A DNA stretch of 61,023 nt, filler included, from Rhabdomonas costata (GCA_019059605.1; 14 parts of 14 records of this genome joined end to end with filler, not necessarily neighbours in it), one strand, 5' to 3'; counted from the first letter of the whole stretch, positions 26,081 to 40,304 are shown. Notes: generated by a model from the letters alone, not told the origin. Translations and numbers: made by a program.

Positions 26081-26724
26081 NNNNNNNNNNNNNNNNNNNN
26101 NNNNNNNNNNNNNNNNNNNNNNNNTTAATTAATTAANNNNNNNNNNNNNNNNNNNNNNNNNNNNNNNNNNNNNNNNNNNNAGGACAACCGGCTTCGATGG
26201 AGTGAAGTGAGGGGTGTCGGGAGAAGTAGAGAATCCAAAGTTCGGCACAAAGCAGAGTGGCATAAACAGAGAGCCCACAGCACCGGCTCTCAGCAAGCAT
26301 GCCAACACAAGCGGGTCACCGACACCAAAGGAGCACGAAACATGAGCGGCGACAGATACCAGGGCGCTGCCCCACCCGCAAGAATGGGCTAAGGGGAGGA
26401 ATAATTGTTGCAGTGAATCGCTTAAACCGCTCAAAAAACATCGTTGCAAATTGTTATCTCGGGAAAGATGCCAGGTTTGATTCTCCGATGGGCTCCTAAT
26501 TTTGGCCGTTCGCTCTGCGCCTCGCAGCCTCGAGAAACTCCACAGGGCCTCCCAAAACCAAACCTTTTTCACGCCCACAGCGTCTTGAACCAGGGGTTTG
26601 TGGGGACGGCACGTATTCACCAAGTTCCAAGGAAAGCAATACAGTCTGTCGCGTCCCAGCGCACCCAACCCAGCCACTACACAAAAGCAGGCAAAATGAA
26701 AAGGCAAAAGAAAGTGGCGAATAC

Positions 26725-29700
26725 TTGCGGTACTCCGCCAGGCACTTTGTCAGTACAACAAATGTCTGAGTCAGCGTGCTCACCTCCGTGAGTATCGAGC
26801 GCGGAAAGTGCACCTGTGCAGCAAGCGCATGCACACACACAGGTAACCCGAAAAGGCGAGGGCCATAAGACAGGTCGAAAGCTGGCGTTAAAGAAGTCTG
26901 AGGGCGAATCCGAAGCAGGCCCGGGGTCCATTCACGTATGTGCGGTGGTTATGTACAATCCATTTCATTATGACCACAATAAGACGATTACAGAAGCAAA
27001 AATCGGTGACCCTGCGCATGATCGATCCTTCAAATCGCCATACAAGGCATAGATGCAGCCAACACCACACAAGATGGGCGCTACCGGTAGGTGTGGCTCA
27101 GAAGTCCCACTCCCTTTCAAACTTCTGTTCCCCGTTTTCCTGTTTTCCAAGAAAATCCGAAGAAGTCTTTTCTAAACCAATGCACTCACGTTCAAAATCA
27201 AAAGGGAACAAAAAGGGACCAAACAACTCTGAGAGAGAGAGAGAGAGAGAGAGAATGTGCGGGAGGAGCCCACCTGCGCAAGCGCTGCAGAGTCCAACGA
27301 GGACAGCGCCCCCATCCGCTTGGCCAGCTCGTTCAGCGGGCGGGCCAGGGCGTACGAGAACAACAGCGAAATCACCACAAAGGCCCCGGTAATCCCGAAC
27401 ACCGTGCCCAGCACCAAAGCGGCCTTGGCGTGGATCGGTGCCAGGAGGACGCTCTGCTCCACCAGAAGGACAACCGTCCACCTGAAACCCCAACCAATCG
27501 TACCCACAGTCTGTGATGAAAAGCTTTCCTGCATCTGCGCACATCTGAGAAAAAAACAACTGCACCGGCATGAGTTGTTGTAGCAGCTGGAGTTCAAAGA
27601 GACAATTTACAAGAAGGATAAGAGCTGGAATGCAAGCAGAGCAAAATTGGAAAGGGAAATCTGAAAGTGCGAAGGAGGGACAAAGAAAGCAATTTTACAT
27701 CAGTCAGCGAGACAGTTGAAGGTGAAGTAGCGGAAGTACCGAATTCTCTTGGATTCGCTTTTAAGACGAATCCTTCCGAGTCGTAATGCTATCTTCGACT
27801 ACTTTGGCGAATAAGGCGCGCAACAAATATTAGCACCGTACAAATCTTTTCAGGCTTTGAACGGCAACTTTGCGGATCAACCGAACTCGTACATTGTCAA
27901 TAAAACTTCATCTTTGAGGTCACATGAGAAACCTTTTGACAAGACCACGGTGTGGGATTACCAGCGCCATTAATGTATTTGTGTGGTATGCGTCAGCCAA
28001 AAATGCGCCTCGTTCACCGAAAATTTCCCAGAAAGGGGGACTGCAACAAAATCAAAGCACACATTCGCACATCAGATCCGATCCCTTCGGATGGGGTCGC
28101 TTCCAACACAGAGCCCTCAGACCTGATGTTGGACTGCGCGAGCGGCATCATTGCGCAGAAGTACGGGTCGCCGCTCACCGTAATGCTAAGAAGGCCAGGC
28201 CGAATCCCGAGCCAGGCATCGGCCTTGGCCTGCACCAAGAAGTTTGTAAAATCACAGAAGGATCAAAAGCAGGGCAGCATCGGTTTGGTCGTCCCTTGCC
28301 CGGAAGATGTCGGCTTCCGTTTCCTACTTTTTGCGCCACTGTCTGCCCAGTGTCTTTGTGTGCTGAACCATCGCGGGTTGACAACCCCGTTTGTGGGCGC
28401 AGAATCACCTGCTTCATGGTTTCCTTTCCGGAAACCAAAGCGGGAAGGTGTGAAAGAAACGTTCGCAAAAAGCAATGCGGGATGAGCATGCGCCCAAGCC
28501 AACAAAAGAACAAATCTGCTTAAACAAACAGGGGGCTGGTGTGCCAGGCAGTGACGTTCCTAATAACAACACGACTTCCCCAAAAAAGCCCAAAACTGTC
28601 CCAAAAAACTGCCCTCTAGGAAAGCTTAAAAAAAAGTGAGGCAATTGGATTCGCTCGGGTACTGGCATGAAGGATTTATGGGCTCTCTAACCTTAGGTGT
28701 GCTACGAAGCCGCGGCCGACAGCTGTAAAGTTCCAAAAAAAAAAATTCACCCTGGCGCGTCAAGATGCCATAACAAGGCATACAAAGAGATGTGGCGAGA
28801 GCCAAACTCAACTCAGGAGAACCACTATCCCACCAAGTATGGTTGCAAACTGGCCTCTCTGGCTCATGTAATGCTACCCGTACCATGACCGGCTCCAGGT
28901 CCTAGGGGGCCGATTTGGGAAGTCACCAAGGTTTATTTTACGCTTGCGGCTACTTCTTTGTCGCTCGGCTGTGCTGCACAAAATTGCTGCGCGCGCCTGG
29001 TCATCGCCTTAGCCGGTAACTGCATGCCCGCCTTCAAGCCCGACTTCCTGCCTGGGCTTTTTTCACGCAATGGTGTGGGTTAGGAAGATAAACCGAAATA
29101 GCGAGAGATTTGCGCTCAGGTAGAGAAATAGCAGCTGATGGAAGATCCCACAATAATGACAAGGAGGAGAAATTCGAATATGCACACAGGTCAACGTGAA
29201 AGCACGCGGCCACCTTCACAATGGAGAAGACACGGTCCACTGATGGGCTGTGGAGATCCCCCGGAGGCACCTGCGCGCGCCGCAAAAATAAAAACGGGAG
29301 GAAGGAACATGGCTCTCACGTACAAACCAGACCATAACTCAGAACCGGCATTGATTCCTTGATTCCGTGTTCGCCTTGGGGACAGTTATGTCTGTTGTTC
29401 GCGCTTGTATAACTTTGCGATTTATTGACTGAAAAGAAGAAGCATTACGCTGAGGAAGCTGTCCCTAACCTAGCCTGCGGCTCGCGCAAATCGACGCTTT
29501 CGCCCGAATTCGGGAACCGAGGCAAACAGCGAAGAGGCAGACCAACCACGAAATCAAATGGTTAAACCCTAACTCCGGGAAGCAATGCTCCAAGCAAAAT
29601 GACCCCAGCACTTCCAGATGTGCCGAAAAAATACGGCCCCGCACCTGATTCGGTGTCCCGCCATCGCAGTCCGCCCCGGTGCCGCCATCACACTTGATGA

Positions 29701-30302
29701 GGCCCAGGGGTGGGAAGGCCGCCACCACGCTCTCCGCTATTGCGTCCACGATGAAGATGCTGTAGCCCTTCTGCAGGTTCAGGCTCACCAGAATCTGGTT
29801 CTGGAAGCCCAGCTCCATGTCCACGCAGGCGACGCCAAGAAAGGCTCCAGTTGGGGAGTACACCCCTAAGCACATGGAAGGACGGAAAACACAGGTGTAC
29901 AGCTGTACATGCCGCTGTGAGGCTGGTGTTTGGCTCACCTTAACAATTACCCAGCGCAGCGGAGGGTTTATCGACGGCATCACCACGAACTTACAAAAAC
30001 CCCACCTCCCTCTGTCCCCGCGAAAGGGAGCCCAAGCACATCGCTTGAAGTTACAAACACTCTTTTCAGTCGCAACACACTCAATACAATGAACTGCCAG
30101 CCGCAAAAAGACCTGTGCTGTGGGTCAGCCAGAATCGCCCGAACCACAGGTACTGGTCCGTCCACCCCGCGAAGCTGGGGTCGTTGGCGTTCACAACGGT
30201 GTACCACTTCCCCAGCGTGTTGTCCGTGTTAGCAGTGAACCAGTACAGAGAGATGGGATCACCCGCTGCGTTGGTGTACCACTCGCTTTGATTCTTTGTG
30301 GC
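26725..30302 (-). CDS. Receptor-type adenylate/guanylate cyclase-like protein: extracellular Cache-like domain, TM helix, HAMP and signalling helix (catalytic domain outside the contig)
   Basis: GT-AG exons 30302-30113, 29865-29645, 29270-29214, 28229-28123, 27481-27274 and 26813-26725. Motifs: Cache-like GAFLGVACVDMEL..IFIVD and WTVVLLV; TM VLGTVFGITGAFVVISLLF; HAMP LARPLNELAKRM..EVSTLTQTF..LAEYRK. Confidence 0.72.
27231..27254. repeat. (GA)n microsatellite
   Basis: gagagagagagagagagagagaga. Confidence 0.9.
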
Positions 30303-30695
30303 CTGCGAAAAAGTCTTCCCTGGCCACGCCAAATTCAAAGATCACGATGACTGTTTTGCTCGACTCGTTCAAACCTCTAAAATGACCAAACCGCTTTTCA
30401 AACCGAAAGGCAATCAAGCAGGCGAGCCCTGNNNNNNNNNNNNNNNNNNNNNNNNNNNNNNNNNNNNNNNNNNNNTTAATTAATTAANNNNNNNNNNNNN
30501 NNNNNNNNNNNNNNNNNNNNNNNNNNNNNNNGGGTGTGGTTAGTGTGAGGGACGTGCTGAAAAATGGGAGGGGTATGTTTTCAATAGCCCTTCATCGATG
30601 AACTCTTGAACCTGTTTGCATCACTGAACTGCTCCGTACTTCGGTTGTCGCTGATATGCCCTTTTGTGGAGTGTGTGTGGTTTCTCTGCGGATAG

Positions 30696-33600
30696 AGGGC
30701 TGCAGTGGCCTGCCTGGAGAAGGCCCTTCTTTCGAAAGTCTTGAACGGGTCCGTGCTTTCCCCGGGGAGGCAGCTGGAGGATGTCGCAGCGGAGTTTTTC
30801 CACCGCATCGATGCAGACGCGGACCAGTATGTTCCTTCAGTTTCTTGACGGATGAGGTGGTCCCAGATCGGTTCCCACTGCATATTGGTCGCTGCCGTCA
30901 TCTGATGTTTACACGTTGACGAGCTAATGCAACTATTTGGCATGTTTCCGCCTGGTATGCGCTATGGCGAAATTAAAAGGGGGATACGCATTCTTGTGGA
31001 GTCCCCTATATCAAACCATCGTCTTCAGTGATTGCAAACCTTGCTCAACTCTGCAGCTTCTGCCAATGCCCAAATCACAACCACAGTGGCACTTTCGTGA
31101 AACACACTGGCCTGCTTCCATCTAAAAAGGATCGAGGCATCTGAAAATACGGCCAACTACAGAAACAACTACAGAAATTCTCAAGGCTTCCTCACAGGCC
31201 CATTTCGACGAGTCCTTCAAGACCCAAAAATGCGAAGGATCATTGGTCGTTTTGAGTTATCAGGCAGTATTTTACTGGTTTTTGTGTGTGGGGGAACGCC
31301 ACTACCTTTCTGCAACCATGACGTGCAACCATGACATGCAACCCGACGTCCGTGGGGATGGAGATACCTTCAAAGATGAAGTGACCTCTGTGCAAATTCC
31401 ATTTGGTACTCCTGTAGCTATCTTGATCGCACAGGACGATGCCTTCCAACACTCAAAGGACTTTCATGTGACCACATGATCCTGTTTTATAGTGTTACAT
31501 CATCAAGGAGAGCTTCGTCTTTACCCGACCATAAGGGTAAACTCGAGAAAGAACATGAAAATGACTCACTTTAGGAAAGCACAACCACTTCAGCTCGGAA
31601 TTCGCCTTACACCACTCCACTGTCTGTTTAGAAGAAGCTCTGGCTGTCCTTCCGCATTTCTCGATGCAGACCTTGTGATAGCACCTGTTGAAGAACACGC
31701 CATGGAATTTGAGGCGAACACAAAACGGGGAAGAACTACATATTTTACCTGGGAACACTTGCGGATAACAAAAAGTCATTCAAGAATTCAAGTTCAAGAA
31801 TTTGTCGCCACCGTAACAAGCAGCTTACCCCAATGTAGCTGAGGTTGGGCACCATCTGGAGGCTTTCTTATTTGCTCGACATTTCCGAATCCCTTGGAAT
31901 GGACATTTTCCTGTGGCAGTGCATCAGTATATCATGCAGACTCTTTGTGACCAAGAATTACACGATCTGCTTACTACATGTGAATCGCATTCGCTTTCAA
32001 CCTGATGCTGTGTTCTTCAGTCGGCATGGTAACACCTTTCCTGGTGATGAAGCGGAAGACAGAAAACTGTTATTTGCATGATGGAAACATGCAAGTTTGG
32101 AGATTGTGCGATGACAACACCAGGAAATTTAGTAGATAAAGTGGTGTGGGTGACCACCTTTACATGTGCTGTGTTGTTGCTGGACACTTTTTGATGGTTG
32201 CTGATGGTTGCTTCAGTTTCACTCAAGCCCCCGCGAAGCGAGCGTCAAATAGGCAAAGGGAGGTAAGGTCATCTTCAAGGTTTTCCCTTGGGATACTCTC
32301 TCTTCCCTCACATCAAAAATTTGCAATTACGACAGGAGCGAGAAAACATCGCGGAAAGCAGTGCGGCGTGTAAGAGTGGGCCTTTGTTAACTCCGGAACT
32401 GGGGAACTGGGACCTCCCCATCCTTTTTGTGTGTGTGTGCATGCGTAGTGCACGCCGACCTCCACGTGCCTCCGGTTTCCCGACGCACGCACGCACACAC
32501 GCACATACCTCAGAGTGACGTGCTGGCACGGCAGCACATAATACATGCAGATACTGTTGCTGCCAGTTCAAACATCCGAGGCTCAAATGTGCGTTTCAAT
32601 GACATAAGATCACAGCTCTCCCAAAAGGAGGAGACACCCTTCATGCTATCCTGCCCCGCATTGTGCCTTCCTTACCACACCTCAGACACCAGTTGTGCTG
32701 TGGGTGCTCGTTGATGTGTTGGTGGCCAAAATGGGTGAGTGATTGGAAGAGTGGTTATGGGGTGGGCGCCAGAGTGGTCTCGTGGGATGACGTGGTGGAG
32801 GGGCTGACCTTCCTGGCGACCTTCACCAGCCAGAAGCTCCACACCTACCGCGACACTCCTTGGTTGGCGCGGTGGAAGGAGGAGGAGGTCTCCGCGGTGA
32901 CCTGGGTGCCCCAGCTCAGGCGCTATGTGGCCTCTGGGGAGAGCAAGTCCGTCCTTCTCGTCAGCGCCCAAGGGCAGGTACCTTGCTACTACCCTGCCCC
33001 CACCCGCACCTCACCCCGGCGCCAATGTTATTGTTTTCTGCACCGCTGGATACCGCTCCGCCTGTGTGTACTTTAAAAGGTTCTAATTTTGTCGCGTTCA
33101 TCGCCCACTCCCTTTTTTTCCACCGAAAATCTTTTTCAAAATTTAGTTATTTGATTATCGCATTATAATAAACTTTACATCACTTCTCTCTCCGTCACGC
33201 TGTGCTAGGTGTCCCCCGGTGTTTACTTTCCCGCCTGTCTACCACTTATTCACCGCAACGCACGTCTCACCCGCACCCAACAACCCTGTCCCTCCACTTC
33301 CTTTCCTCTCTACCGCCTGATCCTCACACTTTTCATCCTACCACTCCCTTGAATGCACGGTTGGGCGTCTTTTCTGAGTGGACAGCTATGGAGGTGGCCG
33401 GTGTTTGCTGAGCCCTTTGGGTTATGGGGCAAGTGAAGCACTTCGTGCCCGCTTGGATGAGGAAGAATGAAATAACTGTAGAGTACTAGTGAGTCTCTGC
33501 TGTGAGGCTCTCATATGTGCTCGTGCACCCTCGATGGAACATGAGAATGGATGTGGACACCACTACAAGCCCTTTTCTCTTACGGCCCACCCACTTCTTT

Positions 33601-34537
33601 CCATTCCCTATTTTTATTCCCGCTCCACAAAACTCCTTCGCACACCTTCCATCGTTCTCTGTACTTGTGTGTGTACCACTTCTCTCCTGCAATGCTGTTC
33701 GCAGACGTTCGCAGAGAAAAAAGCTACAGCTTGTAGTTTACCATTTGTTTGTTTCCTCTCTTCTCTTGTCTGTTACGGTAACAATGTGGGATGGAATGGG
33801 GTGCCCTCTCTTTCTCAGGTGGTGCGGCGGGTGGCAGAGCACACCTCACACATTGTCAGCGTGGCCTACATCGCATCCGGGGCGGTACGGCGGCTGGTCA
33901 CGAGCTCCACGGACTGCACGCTGCGGCTATGGGACGACGAGCGGTGGACCAACCTGGAGACCGTGCAAAAGGCCGGGCCCTACCTTACCATGATGTACTG
34001 CCCCACCACGGCCACCCTGTACTGTGGAAACGCCGAAGGGGAGATTGCGATGTACAGCCTGGAGCACTCCAAGCCCTCCTTAGTGGGCTACGTATGAATG
34101 CACACACACACGGTCACTCCCTCACTACCTCCCTCAATCACTCAATCACTCACTCACAGCACAGGGATTTGCCATTATCACAGCGACGGGAATTTTCATA
34201 CATCCGCAGAAGCCACAAACTTTTAGCAGGGTGCTTAATCTGAATGCATTTCAAAATGAATGGGCATGCAGATATTGCCAGGTTGAGGTCATCGAGTATG
34301 CTAAACCGCCGCCACTTGCTGCGGTGTCCAAAGGCTGGTGGCAGTTGTTGGTTTTGTGCATTTTTGGATCGCAGGTGAGGTCTCCAGACGGGACCAAGGC
34401 CCATCATGATTGGGTCACAGACCTGCTCGCCGTGCAGGATCTCAACTTGCTGGTTAGCTGCAGCCTAGACTCCCGGCTGAAGATCTGGGACCTCAAGTCC
34501 GGCGCGTTCAAGTCCGTCAAGGAGGGCCACGACAAGG
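30696..34537 (+). CDS. EF-hand + WD40 repeat protein (WDR49/WDR64-like architecture), partial
   Basis: Exons 30696-30826, 32773-32977, 33819-34091 and 34375-34537. Splicing across a 1.9-kb intron rebuilds an EF-hand (FFHRIDADADQ|VVSWDD). WD repeats: LVTSSTDCTLRLWD and HHDWVTDL..LVSCSLDSRLKIWD..GHDKG. Confidence 0.8.
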
Positions 34538-35597
34538 GTATGTGTGTGTTTTGACCACGAGCTCTATACTCAATGGATCCTCGCCCGGTGGGTGGGTTTC
34601 GTTCCGTGCACAGGTGGGCCACGGGGTGCCAGGGTTACTGCAAGAGTTCTACAGGAGACGTATCATCATCCTCATCCTCATCGTTGCATTCAATCATCGT
34701 TCTCCATCCCGTGTGTGTATGTGTTTGTGTTTCTTTTCTGTCTTTTCATCGCACAAACATACACAAACGTGAACAAACAAACACCNNNNNNNNNNNNNNN
34801 NNNNNNNNNNNNNNNNNNNNNNNNNNNNNTTAATTAATTAANNNNNNNNNNNNNNNNNNNNNNNNNNNNNNNNNNNNNNNNNNNNCGAGGGCTGCTTCTG
34901 TTTCAGAATTCAGGTGGTGGTTGATGAACCTCGTCGCATCGAAAACGAATTTCCTTACGCCAAAGAAGAGGACACTGTGGTCTCGACTTTTTTTTGGAGG
35001 AGGGGAGGGGACGTTAAATCGTATAATGGCGTCTGGTAACGGCCTTGGACTGAGAAATGCTTTTTGTTCCGGAGTTTCTGTGTCTAGTCAAGGCTTAGGT
35101 GCCTGCGCACTGGAAGTTCTAGATTTCACGGCATCGGATTGTAAAGTATTGGGGGGGGGGGGTTCAATAAATGAAGCTAAGCTCAAATACCTGCAAGGAG
35201 AGTCAGACACTTTCCAGCGAACAAAAAACTCCCGGACAGCAGCTGATACTCTGACCCAACAACCAACTCGGTTGCTGTTTGCTACGTGTCGGGCAGAATA
35301 ATAATCAGCCAGAAAGGTTGGGACACCCTCTATTATTGTTGGTGGGAACTCCTTTCTTGCAGCGCATCGTCGAACAAATGGGATACGAACACTCAGTGGA
35401 GGAGGACAGTCCGTGGGCCGACTGAGGCAGGAACGCTGTCTACCAAAGGATGCACATTGGGGTCTTGGGTGCCCGGGCCCACACCGTAAAACAAAGTTAG
35501 ACTACCTGACGAGGTTCAACCAAAATTGTGTGCCAAATAAAGTCACTTGCTCAAACTGATGTGTGGGGTGCGGAGGTGGCACTCTGTGGGGCCCGAC

Positions 35598-37583
35598 CTG
35601 CTTGAGTGAAGTTCAGTGCGACGCTGACGTTTGTGGAGAGTGCGGCCAGGCCCACCTCCACGCGGTTAGCGCATCCCCCGCATGCCGTCCCTGGGCTCAC
35701 CCAGCACACTGCGTCAGGCGGGGTGAAAAGCCCGGCATGGTCTGAAGTGCGAAATAGGTATGGGCAGAAGAGGATCCGTAATAAGAGGCGGGGAAAGGTG
35801 CTTACGCCCCTGCAAACGCCCCTGCGCATGGATCATCGGAAAATCTGTACTCTGCATCCCTTTTCCTTTCCACGTCGCCCACCTCCCCGCCGCTCCTATT
35901 TCCATACGTATCCCACAGCTACCTCACCATTTGTCTCTCCCCTCTCTCTTCAACCTCTACCTACATTTCTATGACCACTTTCCCTCCCCCTTCGCATTCT
36001 ACACCGCACCCTTTGTGTGTGTACCTTTGTGCCTTTTTGCTAATGTTGCCAACAATCGAGCAAACCGTGCTGTGTATGTATGTGTAGAAGAGAAAAAACA
36101 AACTTGTACAAAGTAGGTAAACGCAGCTCTTTCTGATCCAAATTGTTTCCAAATTGTTTCCCAGCTTTCCCCCAACACGGGTTCCTTATATTCAATGCCG
36201 TTCCCACACCCATACAAGCCGCGTTCAACTCCTATCCGACCACTGTTCTCTCTCACTCGCTCGCCCTCCCTTTGTTCTGGGCATACACCAAACAGAAAAT
36301 CGTTGCAGCCCGGCCGCAAAGGTCGCAGGCAGCGTCGAGCTCACAGATGGTCCTGTACGTGATTGGATCCCAAGCGAAGATGCAGATGTCATAAGAACCT
36401 AAATTCACGCAGGATGGATGATAATCCACCCTGAACCCGAATGTGCTGAAATGCTTGAACTGTAGCTGCCCTAAAGGAATTGCAAGGGCCAATTGGGGGC
36501 CATAGACCTCAGGGTCTTGCTATCCAGAAGGAGTTGATTTTGTCCCGACACCCGCACGTCCGCCGATGTCCAACAGCTCGTGACTTAAATGTGCTCGACA
36601 CCACTGGCTATAGTTTGAAAAGCCATCCAACATCGCCTTTTATTGGCCGAGGTTTGTTTGCGTTATTCTTCACAGCGTTCGAAGCAGTCAAAATGGAAAC
36701 GAGAGATAACCTGATCCCGTCGTCTGCGTATTGGTCAATGTACCTGTGAGCAGCAAAAGCACATCAAAAAGAAAAGTAATGATGGGAGTGCACCATTTAT
36801 TTTGCGGTTAACTTTGCACCTCAACTTTTGGATGACAAGCAGACAGAGAAAGCAAGAGAAAAGTGCGGTACCGCTCGGGGTCGGCGTGGAAGTATCCGAC
36901 AGTGTTGGCGACGGCGACAGAGTCTGCGTGGGGGTGCGCGTCTTCACATGAGCTGAAGCCCACAAAAAGGTACGAAAGTGTTTCATTTCTCCCAAGCAAA
37001 AGGGTTTTCCTCTCACGGACACTCCCAGGAGGCTAAATGAAACAAGAAACAGTAAAAAACACCACTAAGGAGGACCTGACTTGGGAGTAATGCTTTCTGT
37101 CTTCGTGCCTGGCAAAGAAGGCAAGAGGAACAAAACAGCAATACAGAAACGGTCAAAGCCACAGGGAGGAGGGAAGCACATCCGAAAGAGCTAAAATAAC
37201 AGAAGAGAAGCGACACACGATGGGACGCAACCAATGTGAACAGTACGAAGGGATACAGCCCTTACACGCAGAGACGAAAAGGCCATTGTGAGCCCTTTAT
37301 TTCATCTACGGTCTTCCAGCGGTTCGCTGCTTCACTGATGACTGGGTAACTGATGATGCAGCGCCAGAGTACAAGTCGTCCTGCGGGGCGGACGCTCACG
37401 AGAGGGAGGTGCCAAAGGGTTTCGACCTCATCTTAGGAAAGCACTAAGAGTGGAGATACCAGTGTAGGTGTGGGTAAACGTGTTGGTCATGGTGAATGTG
37501 TTCGTAGGGGTGGGCGTCTTTGTGTGCACTGCCGCCTCCGTGTCCCACAGCAGCAGCAGCAGCAGCAGCAGCCATTCTGCCAT
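35598..37583 (-). CDS. Secreted/surface protein: poly-Leu signal peptide, Thr/Ser/Pro mucin-like stalk, Cys-rich domain; 3' end unresolved
   Basis: ATG at 37583 (MAEWLLLLLLLLWDTEAA). GT-AG exons 37583-37460, 37108-37076, 36952-36872, 36743-36711, 36398-36294 and 35741-35598 are all joined by phase-1 introns and give TKTPTPTNTFT..TLSPSPT..YDICIF..ICELDAACDLC..CWVSPGTACGGC. Confidence 0.7.
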
Positions 37584-38701
37584 CAAGAGGGGAAGCAACA
37601 GCTGATACATTCCAACCTGCGAGGCGCGGGTGTGCCTCACGGAGGCAACGCTGAGCAAAACAACCAAAATCAAAATGACCCTGTACCTGCGCCAGACTGC
37701 AGACACCCTCACCTCATCCAAGGAGCATCCAGAAATCCAGGTGGGAGGACAAGGCGGAAGTTGTCACTTCCAATCCCAGGCCTAGTGCGGAGCAGGGGTG
37801 AACACATGCTAAACACCAAAAAGTGCCAGGTTGACGTTTTCGATCAGAAGACCATTAGTGGAACCACAAAGACTTGTACGGTGTTGAGCGGCTTTCAGGT
37901 TCATCACTTCCAAGCTAAACCAATACTGGAGAGAGGGATCCCCGCCCCAGCCATATGAGAGAAGCACACTCTTCAAGGTGTAAAACACAGAAAAATGCAC
38001 AGAAGGCGATTCGTTTCTGCCCAGCAACGGAAACAATAATAGAACCAGACAACAACAAGCAACAGTGGCACCAGAACGGGCAAGAGTAACAACAGTGGTA
38101 CCCACGCTCTTCTGCATAAAGAGCATTTCTAGTCCATGGAAGCGTGCGTTGGCATTTGCACACACAGGCAAAGGTACATTACTAATCGTTCTGAAACATG
38201 GCTGGGGGCGTGACTCTGGCGGGTGCATGGCACGAACCCACACACGGCAAGGGGCAAAGGGAAGCGACCAGGGAAGAACGCGAGCCGCAAAGAAAAGGGG
38301 ATACATTTCCAGAGTAGAGACAAGTAGCTCAGCCCATCATCACCTCGGCTCCATTCACTCCTGCCTGCCAGATTAGGCACCACATTTTGGAGTGCAACTC
38401 ACACTGACACAGCACCGGCTAACGTCCTTTCCAGTGCCATTCACTTGCCTTACTACAGGCGAGGGTCGGGAACCTGCTAACAGCGGGCGAAATGCCACTG
38501 ATGGCATTCCCCCCGAAACAGTGTTCCTTCATCGGCAGAGCTCACCGGTGCTGTGGTAGCCACTTCGTGAATGGTCGCGATGGCAACGTGCTAACCGCCG
38601 CCAGCGCCCTGTTCACCATTGACGGTCAACACGTAGCCTACAGCGGCATTTCACTTTCACCCCTACCCTACCGATGGAGTTCCGAGAACAAATTTCATGC
38701 C

Positions 38702-39007
38702 CTACATCGAAGGCAGCCGCCACGTCCGCAAGCTGGTGTCAAAGCTGCTGCTCACGGCGCACTCGCCGTGAACCGCACAGCAGGTGACCCCCCGCGTGTG
38801 CCCGTCCAGGGCCAGCAACTCCGAGCCGCTGGTAGCGTCCCACAGCCGCAGCGTACCGTCGAAGCTAGCCGTGAGCACGCGGAGCCCCTCCGGGGCCGTG
38901 AACACGGCGGCGTACACGCTGGCGGAGTGACCCTGGAAGGTGCGCTCGCAGGTTCCGGTGCAGGTGTCGAAGAGTTTCGCCGTGTGATCCGCAGAACCGC
39001 AGAGCAG
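38702..39007 (-). CDS. WD40-repeat protein, terminal exon
   Basis: Acceptor tttcag at 39008, then LLCGSADHTAKLFD..FQGHSASV..LTASFDGTLRLWD..LDGHTRGV..SSSFDTSLRTWRLPSM*. Confidence 0.88.
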   Translation of the reverse strand: MLCGSADHTAKLFDTCTGTCERTFQGHSASVYAAVFTAPEGLRVLTASFDGTLRLWDATSGSELLALDGHTRGVTCCAVHGECAVSSSFDTSLRTWRLPSM

Positions 39008-39373
39008 CTGAAAGTGTGTTTTGTGGTTTTGTGGTTTGCACCCTTGTGTGTGCATGTTGATGGAAAGGCTCTTCGAATTCGCAAAATGGAGATGGATGAA
39101 TTGGCCTGCTGTGGTAAACTAGCACCAACACCCNNNNNNNNNNNNNNNNNNNNNNNNNNNNNNNNNNNNNNNNNNNNTTAATTAATTAANNNNNNNNNNN
39201 NNNNNNNNNNNNNNNNNNNNNNNNNNNNNNNNNGTTTGGTGTGTGTGTGTGTGTGTGTGTGTGTCTGTGTGGCAAAAAGAGTGATGCAGTTTGCCTCGGG
39301 CTTCGTCGACCACCAGGTGGACGAAGGTGGAGCCGTCAACCTTTTTTTTTTGCGCAGAGGGAGCTGTGCGCTG

Positions 39374-39443
39374 CCCCCCGGTGACGAGAAACCTCGCAGT
39401 GATTTTCGTGAGCGCAGCTTATGGTCCAATGAGTCTGAGGGGG
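39374..39443 (+). ncRNA. Candidate box C/D snoRNA, paralog A
   Basis: Box C GTGACGA 39381-39387, internal D'/C'-like GTGA..GTGAGC, guide TTATGGTCCAATGAGT, box D CTGA 39435-39438, terminal CCCCC/GGGGG stem. Boxes and guide are conserved with paralog B. Confidence 0.65.
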
Positions 39444-40304
39444 TGTTGAGGACGGCAAATTTTCGTGCTTTTTTTTAATGGGTGACAGTCCCTTTTCCTG
39501 TCCCCTTCTCCAGCACTTATTTCGCTTCTTTCGCTTGCGCTGAGCAAGCCAACGACATAGGGGTGGGGGGCCTGGCGCTCCTTAATCGAGATGGCGACGG
39601 AAGAGGAGGAGGAGGATGCAGAACTTGGAAGCTCTCGGCCCACCGGTAGGTGGTCATCCCAAAGAGAAGTACCCCTGGAGCATGCGCGCAGGCACCGTCG
39701 ACGCCCTCCCAGAAAGGAAAGCAGGACCAATGGCCTGGACCCCCGAGTTGCGTGGGAAATTAAAAAACTCAGTGGCCTCAGTTACACCTGCGTGCACCCC
39801 AGGCCAGGCGAGGGACACCCAGCCCTTCGCCGGCGAGACAAGCTGGAGTTTGAAACGCGACTTGCTGTTGTACGACATGCAAAAAGTTGGGTGGGACCCG
39901 TTGACCACCATTTGGTACAGCCACCGCGCACAAAATCCAAACGGACTCAAAAACGCACGCACCCACCAGCGGAGCATACACGCACTGGGATCCGCAAGCG
40001 GAGGCGTTGCGCACACGCACTGGGTCACAGCCCGAACATTGGCGCTGAGCTTAGGTGGCCCTGCTCAGCAATAAACGCAGCAGAACTCCAACCCAAGAAG
40101 CACACATCAACTTGCTACTCAACCGAAGGCCCAGGAAATGCTGACCGCTCAATAACAGAGGTGCAAGTGTTTTCTGGCGGTGCGGCTCTTTCTCTCTCCC
40201 TGTGCTCGTTCCCAGCCTTCACCACCCCGACATGCGGAGTTTTCTTTTGTTTTTATTTTTGCTTTTTTTTGGAGGGGGGGGGGGGTTAACCCGGGAGTTC
40301 TGCG

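Noticed and set aside
30950-32300. Possible decayed mobile-element ORFs in the 1.9-kb intron of the EF-hand/WD40 gene
   Set aside because: No convincing RT, integrase or transposase motif and no terminal repeats seen.
39591-40289. 232-aa ORF upstream of the PFR exon
   Set aside because: No recognisable domain or PFR similarity; probably intronic sequence between the two snoRNA candidates.
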